NCBI GenBank assembly: GCA_963748015.1 | Contig: CAVVHE010000006.1 | Coordinates: 96,001 to 160,000, forward strand | Length of the DNA stretch: 64,000 nt | Origin: Terriglobia bacterium | GTDB taxonomy: Bacteria; Acidobacteriota; Polarisedimenticolia; Polarisedimenticolales; JAIQFR01 | Direction: 5' to 3' | In this document: positions 9,986 to 20,194 of the stretch, in pieces | Layout of the letters: each line of letters opens with the position of its first letter | Position numbering within the stretch: the first letter of the stretch is position 1 | Made by a program: the position numbers and the translations under genes | The notes under the pieces: model-generated | Seen by the model: only the letters and a program-made list of their open reading frames with translations | The model's database searches: none | Told to the model about the DNA's origin: nothing

Positions 9986-12442
9986 ATGAGACGAGCGAAG
10001 ATCCTGTGCGCGACAGCGCTGGTGGCCATCGTGGCGGGCGCGTGGGGGCTCCAGGCCGCGAAGGAGCCGGCGGCTCCCGCGGGACCGGCCAAGGCCGGCG
10101 CGCTCGACCGCACGGTGCTGCCGATCCCGGAGCCGAGCTACCCGCCGATCACGGAGCTCGACGCCCGCAACGCGACGCCCCCGCCTCGCTTCGAGGTGAG
10201 AGCACCCGACGGCGCGCCGAACGTCCTCATCGTCCTCGTCGACGACATGGGCTTCGGCATGCCCAGCGCGTTCGGCGGGCCGATCCACATGCCGACCGCC
10301 GACCGGCTGGCCAGCGAGGGGCTGCGCTACAACCAGTTCCACACGACGGCGCTCTGCTCGCCGACGCGCACGGCTCTGCTGTCCGGCCGCAACCACCACA
10401 TGAACAACATGGGATCGATCACGGAGACGGCCACCGCGTTCCCGGGCAACACGGGGCAGCGCCCGGCCAACGTGGCGCCACTCGCCGAGATGCTGCGGCT
10501 GAACGGCTACAGCACCGGCTTCTTCGGCAAGAACCACGAGACCGCGCCGTGGGAGGCCAGCCCCTCCGGCCCGACCGACCGCTGGCCGACGCGATCCGGC
10601 TTCGACGAGTTCTACGGCTTCTTCGGCGGCGAGACCAACCAGTGGGCCCCGTATCTCTACCACGGCATGAACCCGGTCGAGATCCCGCGGGACCCGAACT
10701 ACAACTTCATGACCGACATGACGGACAAGGCGATCGGCTGGATGCAGTTCCAGAAGGCGCTGACGCCGGACAAGCCGTTCTTCATGTACTTCGCGCCGGG
10801 CGCGACCCACGCCCCGCACCACGTGCCGAAGGCCTGGATCGCCAAATACAGGGGGAAGTTCGACAAGGGGTGGGACGCGATGCGGGAAGAGGTCCTCGCG
10901 CGCCAGATCAAGCTCGGCGTGGTGCCGCCGGGGACGAAGCTCGCCCCGAAGCCCGAGGCGATCAAGGACTGGAACAAGCTGACCGCCGACGAGAAGAAGC
11001 TCTTCACCCGCCAGATGGAGATCTACGCGGGCTTCGGAGAGTACGCCGACAACGAGATCGGCCGCCTGATCGACGCCATCAAGGACACCGGCCAGCTCGA
11101 CAACACGCTGGTGTTCTACATCCTCGGCGACAACGGCACGAGCGCCGAGGGGGGCATGAACGGCATGTTCAGCGAGATGACGTACTTCAACGGGGTGCAG
11201 GAGACGGTCCAGGACATCCTGAAGCACTACGACGAGCTGGGCGGGCCGATGTCGTATCCCCACATGGCGGCCGGCTGGGCGGTGGCGGGCGACACGCCGT
11301 TCTCGTGGACGAAGCAGGTGGCGTCGAACTTCGGCGGAACGCGGAACGGGATGGTGATCCACTGGCCGAAGCGGGTCAAGGCGAAGGGCGAGGTGCGCTC
11401 GCAGTTCCACCACGTCATCGACGTGGCGCCCACCGTGCTGGAAGCCGCCGGCCTGCCCGAGCCGAAGTCGGTGAACGGCACGCCCCAGGAGCCGATCGAA
11501 GGCGTGAGCATGGCGTACACCTTCGACGATGCGAAGGCCGTGGACCGGCACAAGATCCAGTACTTCGAGATCTTCGGCAACCGCGCCATCTACGCCGACG
11601 GGTGGTTCGCCGGCACGATCCACAGAGCGCCCTGGGAGCCGAAGCCCCGCGCGGCGCTCATCGACGACAAGTGGGAGCTGTACGACACGCGCAGCGACTT
11701 CAGCCTCGCGAACGACCTGGCCGCCAAGAACCCGGCGAAGCTCAAGGACCTGCAGGACTTGTTCATGAAGGAGGCCGTGAAAAACAAGGTCTTGCCGATC
11801 GACGATCGCTTTCTCGAGCGCATCAACGCGAAGTTGGTCGGCCGGCCGGACCTCATGGGCGACCGCGCGTCGCTCACGCTGCACGCGGGCATGAAGGGCA
11901 TGTCGGAGAACGTGTTCCTCAACATCAAGAACCGCTCGCTCACGATCACCGCCGACCTCGAGATCCCGCAGGGCGGCGCCAACGGCGTGATCATCGCGCA
12001 GGGCGGCCGGTTCGGAGGGTGGAGCCTCTACTTCAAGGGCGGCAAGCCGACCTACGTCTACAACTTCCTCGGGCTCCAGCGATTCACGGTCGCCGCGCCG
12101 CAGCCCATTCCCGGGGGCAAGGCGAGGGTCCGGTTCGACTTCGCCTACGACGGGGGCGGCCTCGCCAAGGGCGGCCTCGGCGCGATCTACGTGAACGACA
12201 AGAAGGTCGCCGAGGGGCGGATCGAGCGCACGCAGCCGATGATCTTCTCCGCCGACGAGACGGCCGACGTGGGCGAGGACGACGCCACGCCGGTGACGGA
12301 GGACTACAAGGCCTACGACAACAAGTTCACCGGCAAGATCCTCAAGGTCGTCGTGGACGTGAAGCCGATGGGGGCGGGGGAGAAGGCCGCCGCGAGCAAG
12401 GCCGGCGCGGAGGCCTCGGCGAAGCTGGAAGCGGCGAAGTGA
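9986..12442 (+). CDS. Arylsulfatase (Cys-type, long form with C-terminal beta domain)
   Basis: Signal peptide; PNVLIVLVDDMG; LCSPTRTALLSGRN formylglycine motif; GKNH; GDNG. Confidence 0.93.
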   Translation: MRRAKILCATALVAIVAGAWGLQAAKEPAAPAGPAKAGALDRTVLPIPEPSYPPITELDARNATPPPRFEVRAPDGAPNVLIVLVDDMGFGMPSAFGGPIHMPTADRLASEGLRYNQFHTTALCSPTRTALLSGRNHHMNNMGSITETATAFPGNTGQRPANVAPLAEMLRLNGYSTGFFGKNHETAPWEASPSGPTDRWPTRSGFDEFYGFFGGETNQWAPYLYHGMNPVEIPRDPNYNFMTDMTDKAIGWMQFQKALTPDKPFFMYFAPGATHAPHHVPKAWIAKYRGKFDKGWDAMREEVLARQIKLGVVPPGTKLAPKPEAIKDWNKLTADEKKLFTRQMEIYAGFGEYADNEIGRLIDAIKDTGQLDNTLVFYILGDNGTSAEGGMNGMFSEMTYFNGVQETVQDILKHYDELGGPMSYPHMAAGWAVAGDTPFSWTKQVASNFGGTRNGMVIHWPKRVKAKGEVRSQFHHVIDVAPTVLEAAGLPEPKSVNGTPQEPIEGVSMAYTFDDAKAVDRHKIQYFEIFGNRAIYADGWFAGTIHRAPWEPKPRAALIDDKWELYDTRSDFSLANDLAAKNPAKLKDLQDLFMKEAVKNKVLPIDDRFLERINAKLVGRPDLMGDRASLTLHAGMKGMSENVFLNIKNRSLTITADLEIPQGGANGVIIAQGGRFGGWSLYFKGGKPTYVYNFLGLQRFTVAAPQPIPGGKARVRFDFAYDGGGLAKGGLGAIYVNDKKVAEGRIERTQPMIFSADETADVGEDDATPVTEDYKAYDNKFTGKILKVVVDVKPMGAGEKAAASKAGAEASAKLEAAK

Positions 12443-12560
12443 TCACGCGGTAAGCGCCCGGCGTGATGCGCGCGATCGGGACAGGCAGGATCGAGGTGCC
12501 GAGGAATGGCGGGGCCCGACCGCCCTCGACCGGCGGGGTCCTCGGGATACGGCTCGTGGC

Positions 12561-13574
12561 CTACCGCTGCGTGCCGGCCGCCGTGCGTCGAAGGGTCGCC
12601 GACGGCAGCTCGCCAAAGCAGGCCCTGTAGGCGCGGGAAAACTCGCCGAAGTGCCAGAAGCCCTGGTTGAGCGCTTCGGCCGAGACCGTGGTCGATGCTC
12701 GAGTCGCTGACTGCAGCGCTTTGCGCACCCGGTGGAGCCTGACCCGGGTCAGGTACGCCGTCGGGGTCATTCCCATGATCGTCTTGAAGGCGTACTCCAG
12801 GGAGCGCTCGCCCACCCCCGTGGCCCGGCAGAGATCCGTCAGGTAGAGACGATCTCCGGCGTACGCCATGGCGTAGTCCTCGGCGATCTTGACGATACGA
12901 CTCTGGGCCAGACGCGTGCGGTCGCTTCGGGGCGGCTGGAAGTCCGTCGCCGCGCCGAGGGTCGTCAGAAGCGTCTCCAGAAGCTCCACCTGAGCCGCGA
13001 CACGTGTTTCCCTCCGATCGTTGAACAAATCCGGCCGCCGGGTGGCGGTGTCGACCAGGCGCTTTCCCCACTCGAAGAAACGCTGCACCGAGGCGGCGTC
13101 CCGGTGCAGTATCTCCGCGCCGTGCGGCATGCGAAAGGCGTCCTCCCGCTGCCGGCCGCGGAGGTGAGCCTCGATTTCGTCCGGCTCGAGAAGAGCGAAG
13201 ACGCTCTCGTAGCCTCGTTCGGCGACGAAGATGACCTCGGTTCCGGGCTCGACGGCCAGCATCGTGCCGGACCGTATCGGCAGACCGTTCACCGAGCCCT
13301 CGGCGCGAGGGCCGCAGACGCCGTACGCCACGAGCTCGCGGTTGACCGAAGTCCGCGCACGGACTCGAAGGTTCGTCCGATGGAACACGACCAGGCTGCC
13401 CTCGAGGCGAACGGTGACGCGCCTCGCCCGCAGGCGCCGCGATTCCAGCTTCACCACGTCCCGCTCGATACCCTCGATCGTCTCGTCGGCGGTCGTGGGA
13501 TCGGTGAGCTCGACGACCGTCACCGCGGGGGGCGCTCCGGATTGGGGCGTTGACAGGCGGCCGGTCATCGTCAT
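12561..13574 (-). CDS. AraC family transcriptional regulator (EutR-like)
   Basis: C-terminal double HTH: LTDLCRATGVGERSLEYAF...GFWHFGEFSRAYRACFGELPSATLRR. Start uncertain (13574 or 13568). Confidence 0.9.
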   Translation of the reverse strand: MTMTGRLSTPQSGAPPAVTVVELTDPTTADETIEGIERDVVKLESRRLRARRVTVRLEGSLVVFHRTNLRVRARTSVNRELVAYGVCGPRAEGSVNGLPIRSGTMLAVEPGTEVIFVAERGYESVFALLEPDEIEAHLRGRQREDAFRMPHGAEILHRDAASVQRFFEWGKRLVDTATRRPDLFNDRRETRVAAQVELLETLLTTLGAATDFQPPRSDRTRLAQSRIVKIAEDYAMAYAGDRLYLTDLCRATGVGERSLEYAFKTIMGMTPTAYLTRVRLHRVRKALQSATRASTTVSAEALNQGFWHFGEFSRAYRACFGELPSATLRRTAAGTQR

Positions 13575-13738
13575 AAGGTTTTGCGGAATTCCGATAGACC
13601 GTCCCGTCCGTCCGAGTCCACACTCCGGGCGGACAGGCTGTAGCCCGCAGACGTTGAGAAACGCGGAAGGACTGGCATGCCTGCTCCAAATTGTACCAGT
13701 ACTCACGACCGGCGGCCCACGGGCAAGGAGAGAACCGC

Positions 13739-14521
13739 ATGAAAGTCGCCACCTGGTCCACCGTACTGCTCCTGGTCCTGGGCGTGGGAGCCGCCCCGGC
13801 GCAGCCGTCCGCGCCCGGTTCGCCGCCGCCGGCCGCCGCCGCGGCGACGGCGAAGGACCCTTCCGCCATGGCGCTCCTGAAGCGGATGTGCGACCGCCTG
13901 CAAGCGGCCAGGACCTTCACCGTCCGGGGCGAGAACTCGCTGGAGCTGCCCGTGACCGGCGGGGAGCTAGCCACGTTCTTCACCGAGTACGACATCGCAG
14001 TGCGGCGCCCGGACGGCCTGGCCGCGCACCGGGTCGGCGACCTACCCGACTTCCGCTTCGCCTACGACGGGAAGGCCATGACGGTGCTGGTGCCGAGTAA
14101 GAAGCTATGGGGCTCCACGAGCGCCCCCGCCACCCTCGATGCCATGCTCCGCGCGGCGGGGGAGCAAGGGGGCCTCAACATGCCCTTCGACGAGTTGCTG
14201 GTCGCTGACCCCTATGCCGCCATCACTGCGGGGGTCACCGAGGTCGTGAAGGCCGGGCAGGCCACGATCCGGGGCAAGAAGGTCGAGCACCTCGTGCTGT
14301 CGAGCCCGGAGCTCCATCTGGAGTACTGGATCGATCCGGGCGCGGCGCTGCCCGCGCGCGCTCTCGTGGTCTACGTCGATCATCCGCTGCGGCCCCACTT
14401 CCTGGTGGAGTTCACCGAGTGGAAGCTCGACCCGAAGCTGCCGGAATCCACCTTCACCCTGTCCAAGCCCCAAGGGGGCGCCGAGGTCAGCTTCCGCGAC
14501 GCCGCCGACTCGTTCCGCTAA
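13739..14521 (+). CDS. DUF2092 family periplasmic protein (LolA-like fold inferred)
   Basis: AAGGAG RBS; signal peptide; AMALLKRMCDRLQAARTFTV, VRRPDGL, YDGKAMT and LVADPY match the DUF2092 pattern. Confidence 0.75.
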   Translation: MKVATWSTVLLLVLGVGAAPAQPSAPGSPPPAAAAATAKDPSAMALLKRMCDRLQAARTFTVRGENSLELPVTGGELATFFTEYDIAVRRPDGLAAHRVGDLPDFRFAYDGKAMTVLVPSKKLWGSTSAPATLDAMLRAAGEQGGLNMPFDELLVADPYAAITAGVTEVVKAGQATIRGKKVEHLVLSSPELHLEYWIDPGAALPARALVVYVDHPLRPHFLVEFTEWKLDPKLPESTFTLSKPQGGAEVSFRDAADSFR

Positions 14522-14532
14522 AGGAGCCACGC

Positions 14533-14901
14533 ATGCGTGCCAGACCTCTCGTCGTCGCCGGCCTCCTGGTCGCCCTGGCCGTCCCCGGCACCGCTTCGGC
14601 GATCGTTGTCGTCCGTCACCCGGTCTACCACCCCGTTGCCGTCATCGCGACGGTCGCGGTGGTTGCGGCGGTGGTGTCCAAGCCGCCGGCAACCCCACAT
14701 CCGCCGCCGACCGCCCCGCCGCCGCCGCCGGTGACCACCCCCCTGCCCATGGACTCCACGATGTGGGTGCTGCCGTCGGGCTGCCTGAAGATCTCGGTGA
14801 AGGGCGAACCCCTCTACCAGTGCGGGCCCAGCTGGCTGAAGCAGCAGCAGTGCGACCAGGGACCCTACTACCAGGTGGTGCCTCCGCCGACGGGCCCGTG
14901 A
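14533..14901 (+). CDS. Small exported Pro-rich protein
   Basis: AAGGAG RBS; signal peptide; C-terminal LPSGC...YQCG...YQVVPPP. Confidence 0.65.
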   Translation: MRARPLVVAGLLVALAVPGTASAIVVVRHPVYHPVAVIATVAVVAAVVSKPPATPHPPPTAPPPPPVTTPLPMDSTMWVLPSGCLKISVKGEPLYQCGPSWLKQQQCDQGPYYQVVPPPTGP

Positions 14902-15013
14902 GATGTCGTCAGGCGCGAAGCGCGTAACAAAAAAACGCGCCGTCGGGTGCGGCGACACGATACGATTCGACCTGCAAGGTGACGAGGACGCGGGGAATCG
15001 AGGAGGAGTTCCG

Positions 15014-16882
15014 ATGAGCCGACGGGCAGGGGAGTGGAACATGGAGACTGCGCTGCAGAGCTCGAATCGCGCCGGACTCAGGAAGACAGGCACCCCCAGC
15101 TGGTTGCCGAGATCGCTCGCCATCGGCGTCGTCGCGGCGCTCGCCGCGTCCGCCTTCGCCCATGCGGCCGATACCCCGCGCCGGCCGAACATCGTCATCA
15201 TTCTTGGCGACGATCTGGGCTTCGCCGACATGGGCTCGTTCGGCAGCGAGATCCGGACGCCGAACCTCGACTCCCTGGCCAAGGGTGGCGTGAGGTTCAC
15301 GAACTTCTACACGCACGCGAGCTGTTCGCCCACCCGGTCGATGCTCCTCTCGGGCGTGGACACGCACCTCAACGGCCTCGGCAACATGAGCGAGTTTACG
15401 GCGCCGAACCAGATGGGCCTGGACGGCTACGAGGGCTACCTCAACGACCGCGTCGCCACGCTGCCGCAGCTGCTCAAGGACGCGGGCTACCACACCTACA
15501 TGGTCGGCAAGTGGCACATGGGGAAGGAGCCGACCCAGATCCCGGCCGCGCGCGGCTTCGAGCGCGACTTCACGCTGCTCGACGGGATGGGCAGCTACTG
15601 GGACGACTCTAACTTCGCGGCCGCCACCCCCAAGTCGCTCTACACCGAGGACGGGCGCTACCTGAAGCGCCTGCCGAAGGACTTCTACGCGACGAAGACC
15701 TACACCGACAAGATGATCTCCTACATCGACGCCAACCACGGCGACGGCAAGCCGTTCTTCGCCTACGTCTCGCACCAGGCGCCGCACGAGCCGTACCACC
15801 TGCCGAAGGAGTGGCGCAACCGCCACGTCGGCGAGTACGACAAGGGCTGGGACGCCCTGCGTCAGGAGCGGCTGAAGCGGCAGATCGAGATGGGCATCGT
15901 GCCGGCCGGCACCGGGCTCGCCGAACGGATGTGGTTCGTGCCCGATTCCACCCTGCTGGCCCCGGCCGCTCGCGCGGTCATGGGGAAGAAGATGGAGATC
16001 TACGCCGGGCTGGTCGAGAACCTGGACTACCACGTCGGACGGCTCATCGACCATCTCAAGAAGATCGGCGAGTACGACAACACGATCTTCATCGTCTTCG
16101 GCGACAACGGCGCCGAGGGCAACGACCTCTACGGATTGATCGCCGGCTCGCCCGGCTCACGCGACTACCTCTTCGCCGCCACGCGCTGGTCGCAGAACAA
16201 TCCCAACGCGTGGGGCGACCCGGGCTCCTGGCTCGCCTACGGGCCCGCCTGGGCACAGGTCTCCATGACGCCCTTCAGCCAGTACAAAGCCTGGGTTGCG
16301 GAGGGCGGCATCCGGAACGCGCTCATCGTGAGCGGACCCGGGGTCAAGCGCCCCGCGGGGAGCATCAACACCCAGGGGCTGATGCACGTCGCCGACATCA
16401 TGCCGACGCTCCTCGAGGTGGCCGGCGCGAGCTATCCGAAGACGTACAAGGGGAAGGACTTGCCGCCGGCCCTGGGCAAGTCCTGGGTCACGGTGCTGGA
16501 GGGCCGGGCCGAGTCGCCGCGGACGGACCAGGACGTCCTCGCCTGGGAGGTCTTCGGCAACCGCGCCGTCCGGCAGGGGAGCTGGAAGCTGCGCTGGGAG
16601 TGGAGGCCCTTGGGAAGGGGCGACTGGGAGCTCTTCGACCTCGCGGCGGATCCCGCCGAGCTGAAGGACCTCGCGGCGGAGCACCCCGACAAGCTGAAGG
16701 AGATGGTGGCGCTCTGGGACGACTTCGCCCGGAGGAACAACGTGGTCCTGCCCAACCGCTCGCCCCACGAGGCCCTCGAGAAGGCGCTCCCGCAGCGCGT
16801 CCCGGTCCAGGCCGGCTACCCACCGGTCAACCTGAAGCGCCAGTACGTCCCGCCCGCGGACATGATGGCCGATCCGAAATAG
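15014..16882 (+). CDS. Arylsulfatase (AtsA-like, Cys-type)
   Basis: AGGAGG RBS; RPNIVIILGDDLGFAD; SCSPTRSMLLSG; GKWH; GDNG. Start could be 15041. Confidence 0.93.
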   Translation: MSRRAGEWNMETALQSSNRAGLRKTGTPSWLPRSLAIGVVAALAASAFAHAADTPRRPNIVIILGDDLGFADMGSFGSEIRTPNLDSLAKGGVRFTNFYTHASCSPTRSMLLSGVDTHLNGLGNMSEFTAPNQMGLDGYEGYLNDRVATLPQLLKDAGYHTYMVGKWHMGKEPTQIPAARGFERDFTLLDGMGSYWDDSNFAAATPKSLYTEDGRYLKRLPKDFYATKTYTDKMISYIDANHGDGKPFFAYVSHQAPHEPYHLPKEWRNRHVGEYDKGWDALRQERLKRQIEMGIVPAGTGLAERMWFVPDSTLLAPAARAVMGKKMEIYAGLVENLDYHVGRLIDHLKKIGEYDNTIFIVFGDNGAEGNDLYGLIAGSPGSRDYLFAATRWSQNNPNAWGDPGSWLAYGPAWAQVSMTPFSQYKAWVAEGGIRNALIVSGPGVKRPAGSINTQGLMHVADIMPTLLEVAGASYPKTYKGKDLPPALGKSWVTVLEGRAESPRTDQDVLAWEVFGNRAVRQGSWKLRWEWRPLGRGDWELFDLAADPAELKDLAAEHPDKLKEMVALWDDFARRNNVVLPNRSPHEALEKALPQRVPVQAGYPPVNLKRQYVPPADMMADPK

Positions 16883-16925
16883 CGAGCGCTGAACCTCCCC
16901 GCAATTCCGCGAAGGAGCCGATGTC

Positions 16926-17921
16926 ATGAACGACGAGAGCAGTTCGAGGAGAAGGGTCGTGCGACTGTCGCTCACCGCGGCGGCGGTGCTCGTTGTGGGC
17001 GCGCTCTGCTCGCCGGCAACGTGGGCCCAGCCGCGGTTCTACTGGAAGAGCCTCTCGGGCGCGAACGCCGTTCCGCTCATCGTCACGTCGTCGAGCGGCA
17101 ACTCGAACCCGTTCGACCCTTCGAACACCGTGACCCAGGGAGCGAACTTCGACGGTACCCTGGAGTTGGCGGGCTATGCGCGCACGTTTTCCCTGTTCGG
17201 CCGCGCGGCCATGGCCGCGGTCCTCTTGCCCATGGGGCGGATCTCGGGCCAGGTCGTCAGGAACGGCGAGACGATCGGCCAGGCGACCAGCGGGTTCGGC
17301 GACCCGATGTTCGAGTTCAACATCAACGTGCTCGGCCCGCCGGCGCAGAAGAACCTGGTCGACGCCTTCCGGTACGAGCCGAAGTTCTCTCTCGACCTGA
17401 TCGCCGACCTGGCGGTGCCGATCGGCGAGTACGACAGCAGCCAGGCCCTGAATATCGGCCAGAATCGGTGGTACGGGCGCCTGGGCGCCCCGATCATCTG
17501 GCAGCTCGGCCCGTGGGTGCCCGGCCGTCGCACGACCCTGGAGTTCCTGCCCGCCGTGTGGCTCCTCGGAGCCAACAACGACTATGACGGCGGCAAGTCG
17601 CTCACGACCGATCCGGTGCTCCAGGTGGACGGGCATCTGACGCGCGACTTCGCCGAGCGCCTCTGGGGGTCGCTCGACGGCGTCTGGTACAAGGGCGGCC
17701 AGTCGAGCATCGACGGCGTGGAGGGTGACGAGCTCGACAACCTGGCATTCGGCATCACGCTCGGGTACCAGCTCAACGAGAACATGACCCTCATGTTCGG
17801 GTACAAGTCGACGGTCAACGACAGCAATCCTGCGGACCTTCGCATGGACGGGTTCACGATCACGCTCGTGTCGGGGTGGCACCCGCTCGTCGAGGGAGCG
17901 CGGCGGCTGAAAGAAGAGTAG
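16926..17921 (+). CDS. MetA/SphA-type (phenol degradation family) outer-membrane transporter
   Basis: Signal peptide; SGFGDP and PIGEYDSSQALNIGQNRW are characteristic of this barrel family. Confidence 0.8.
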   Translation: MNDESSSRRRVVRLSLTAAAVLVVGALCSPATWAQPRFYWKSLSGANAVPLIVTSSSGNSNPFDPSNTVTQGANFDGTLELAGYARTFSLFGRAAMAAVLLPMGRISGQVVRNGETIGQATSGFGDPMFEFNINVLGPPAQKNLVDAFRYEPKFSLDLIADLAVPIGEYDSSQALNIGQNRWYGRLGAPIIWQLGPWVPGRRTTLEFLPAVWLLGANNDYDGGKSLTTDPVLQVDGHLTRDFAERLWGSLDGVWYKGGQSSIDGVEGDELDNLAFGITLGYQLNENMTLMFGYKSTVNDSNPADLRMDGFTITLVSGWHPLVEGARRLKEE

Positions 17922-18076
17922 GGGCCCGTCGCCCTTCTCGCCGGGTCGGGGCTCGCTCCTGGCCCAGGCAACCGGTCTCGCGGAGAGCGTCGCGGTCGGC
18001 AGGCGCGAAACCCGGACCAACGCCGACACGGGCGCCGCGTCCGTTGGCCGGGCTGCGCGGGAGGGAACCTCGCTCG

Positions 18077-19204
18077 ATGGGACCGAGACGGTTCAGCGAC
18101 AGTCGCTCCGCGGCGGCCGATCGTCCGGGGCGCGCTTCAACGACACGGGTTCTCCTGCTCGGGGCGATGGTGGCGTTCGCCGGCTGCACTCACATCGGTC
18201 CCAGGACCATTCCCGTGGACCGCTTCGACTACAGCACGGCGGTCGCCGACTCGTGGAAGCAGCAGACGCTCCTGAACATCGTCAAGATGCGCTACATGGA
18301 CCTGCCGGTGTTCGTGGACGTGTCGTCCATCGTCAGCGGCTACTCGCTGCAGACCGGCGTGAACGTGGGCGGCACCGTATCGTCCGAAAAGGCGATCCAG
18401 GGCAACTTCGCAGCCGTAGGCGCGCAAGCGGTCTACACCGACCGGCCCACCATCACGTACACGCCGCTCACCGGCGAGAAGTTCCTGAAGGGCCTTCTGG
18501 CACCGATCGACCCGAAGAACATCTTCTTCCTGATGCAGTCGGGTTACCCGGCCGATTTCATCCTGGCGCTGACCGTCGAGTCGCTCAACGGCGTCCGCAA
18601 TCGGTCGGCGGGGGCTGGCGCGATGCGGGAGGCCGACCCGGATTTCAGCCGCGCGCTGCAGCTGTTGCGCGAGGTGCAGGCCGCCGGAGCGGTCGGGATG
18701 CGCGTGGAGGAGGACAAGGCGAAGGGCTCGACCGGCGTGGTGTTCTTCCGGCGCGACGACGTGCCCGCCGACGTCGTGGAGAAGGCCGCGGAAGTCCGGC
18801 GATTGCTCAAGCTCCCCCCCGACCAGCAGAGGTTCAGCCTCATCTATTCGCCGGCGCGCGGGGCGGAGAACGAGCTGGCCGTCAACAGCCGATCGATGCT
18901 CCAGATCATGGGGGCGTTCTCGAGCTACATCGACGTGCCGGAGGAGCACCTGAAGGACAACAGCGCCGTGCCTGCCTTCGAGCACACCGCCGCGGAGACC
19001 CGGCAGGACGTGGCGCGGATTCGCAGCGGCAAGGACAGGCCCGAGGCCTCGTTCGCGGCCGTGAGCTACCGCGGCTACTGGTTCTGGATCGACGACGGCG
19101 ACTGGAAGACGAAGCGCTTGCTGACGGCGGTCATGTTCTTCTTCACGCTTTCGGAGACCGGCGGCAACGAGAGGCTGCCGTTGATCACCATCCCGGCTCA
19201 GTAG
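18077..19204 (+). CDS. Conserved hypothetical lipoprotein (copy 2)
   Basis: Lipobox FAGC; paralog of 8836-9930 with a different signal peptide. Confidence 0.8.
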   Translation: MGPRRFSDSRSAAADRPGRASTTRVLLLGAMVAFAGCTHIGPRTIPVDRFDYSTAVADSWKQQTLLNIVKMRYMDLPVFVDVSSIVSGYSLQTGVNVGGTVSSEKAIQGNFAAVGAQAVYTDRPTITYTPLTGEKFLKGLLAPIDPKNIFFLMQSGYPADFILALTVESLNGVRNRSAGAGAMREADPDFSRALQLLREVQAAGAVGMRVEEDKAKGSTGVVFFRRDDVPADVVEKAAEVRRLLKLPPDQQRFSLIYSPARGAENELAVNSRSMLQIMGAFSSYIDVPEEHLKDNSAVPAFEHTAAETRQDVARIRSGKDRPEASFAAVSYRGYWFWIDDGDWKTKRLLTAVMFFFTLSETGGNERLPLITIPAQ

Positions 19205-19227
19205 GCGTAGACCCGAGGCGCACCAAG

Positions 19228-19647
19228 ATGATCGACAGAACGAACGGGTCCGTCGAGTCGCAGCACGGCGTAGCTCCCGACCGCTCGGCCATGGCCGGCT
19301 TTCGAACCCAACTGGCTCTGGATCGCACGGCGCTGGCCTGGATTCGAACCACGCTGACGATGGCCAGCTTCGGTTTGGGAATGGTCGCCTTCTTCCGTTC
19401 GCTAAGGGAGACTGCTCCGAATCCGTTGACGGCCCGGCTGCATCAAGGCGCCATCTACTTCGGCACGGCCCTGATCGTGCTCGGGATCCTGGCGACCGTG
19501 CTCTCCGCCCTGTCGCAATTCTCCTCGCTCCGTCAGCTTCGACGGGGGCATACGCCGAGGGTGTCCCTCTGGCCCCTCAGCATCACGGTGTCCTTGCTGG
19601 TCTCCCTCCTCTTCCTGGCGGGGTTGTGGGCCGTGTTCGCGAGGTAG
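19228..19647 (+). CDS. DUF202 (YidH-like) membrane protein
   Basis: RTQLALDRTALAWIRTTLTMASFG motif; 3 TM segments. Confidence 0.85.
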   Translation: MIDRTNGSVESQHGVAPDRSAMAGFRTQLALDRTALAWIRTTLTMASFGLGMVAFFRSLRETAPNPLTARLHQGAIYFGTALIVLGILATVLSALSQFSSLRQLRRGHTPRVSLWPLSITVSLLVSLLFLAGLWAVFAR

Positions 19648-19799
19648 CGGCCCGACGCGCCGGTTCGCACGAGGCCGATGCGGCCCGCCGCGTGGCTTCG
19701 CCGAACCAAGTGGCGAAGGCGAGAGCGATCGAGATCGAGTTCCGATCCAGCCGAGACCGGGGCCCCAGGCTCCCGCGGGTCGCTGAGGACGGATACGCC

Positions 19800-20194
19800 A
19801 TGCGATCAACGGGCACGCAACGGGAAGCGTGGCGCCCAAGGTGCCTGCGCCCGGCCCTTCTGGCGCTCCTGGTCGGGCTCGGGGCCACCGGTCGCGCCGT
19901 CGGGGACGACCCGTCGAAGGAGTCGTGGCCCGAGCTCGATCTCTGGCTGCGGCTCCCGCCCTCGTGGCGTCTTTCGATGTTCCTTGCCATCGCGAGCAAT
20001 ACCGAGACCGACTACCGCGAGGGGAACGTCGTCCTGCAGGCCGACTACGCGTGGGGGAAGCCGGGACGCCTGTACAACGGGCGGCTGCTGGACGAGGGGC
20101 GAGCGGAGGACATGAAGGCCATGCTGCTCCGCGGAGGCTATCTCGGCGGGAAGAGGCTCGGCGACGACTCCGAATTCCAGGTGCGCGGCGCGGC
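19800..20194 (+). pseudogene. Truncated DUF2490-like beta-barrel gene
   Basis: Signal peptide plus ESWPELDLWLRL resembles EFWPELNLY of 27434-28192. Similarity stops at ~20180, where the frame runs into the 3' end of the convergent gene. Confidence 0.55.

Noticed and set aside
13580..13600. ttgcggaattccgatag as an AraC site
   Set aside because: Plausible position, but I found no convincing second copy in the window.
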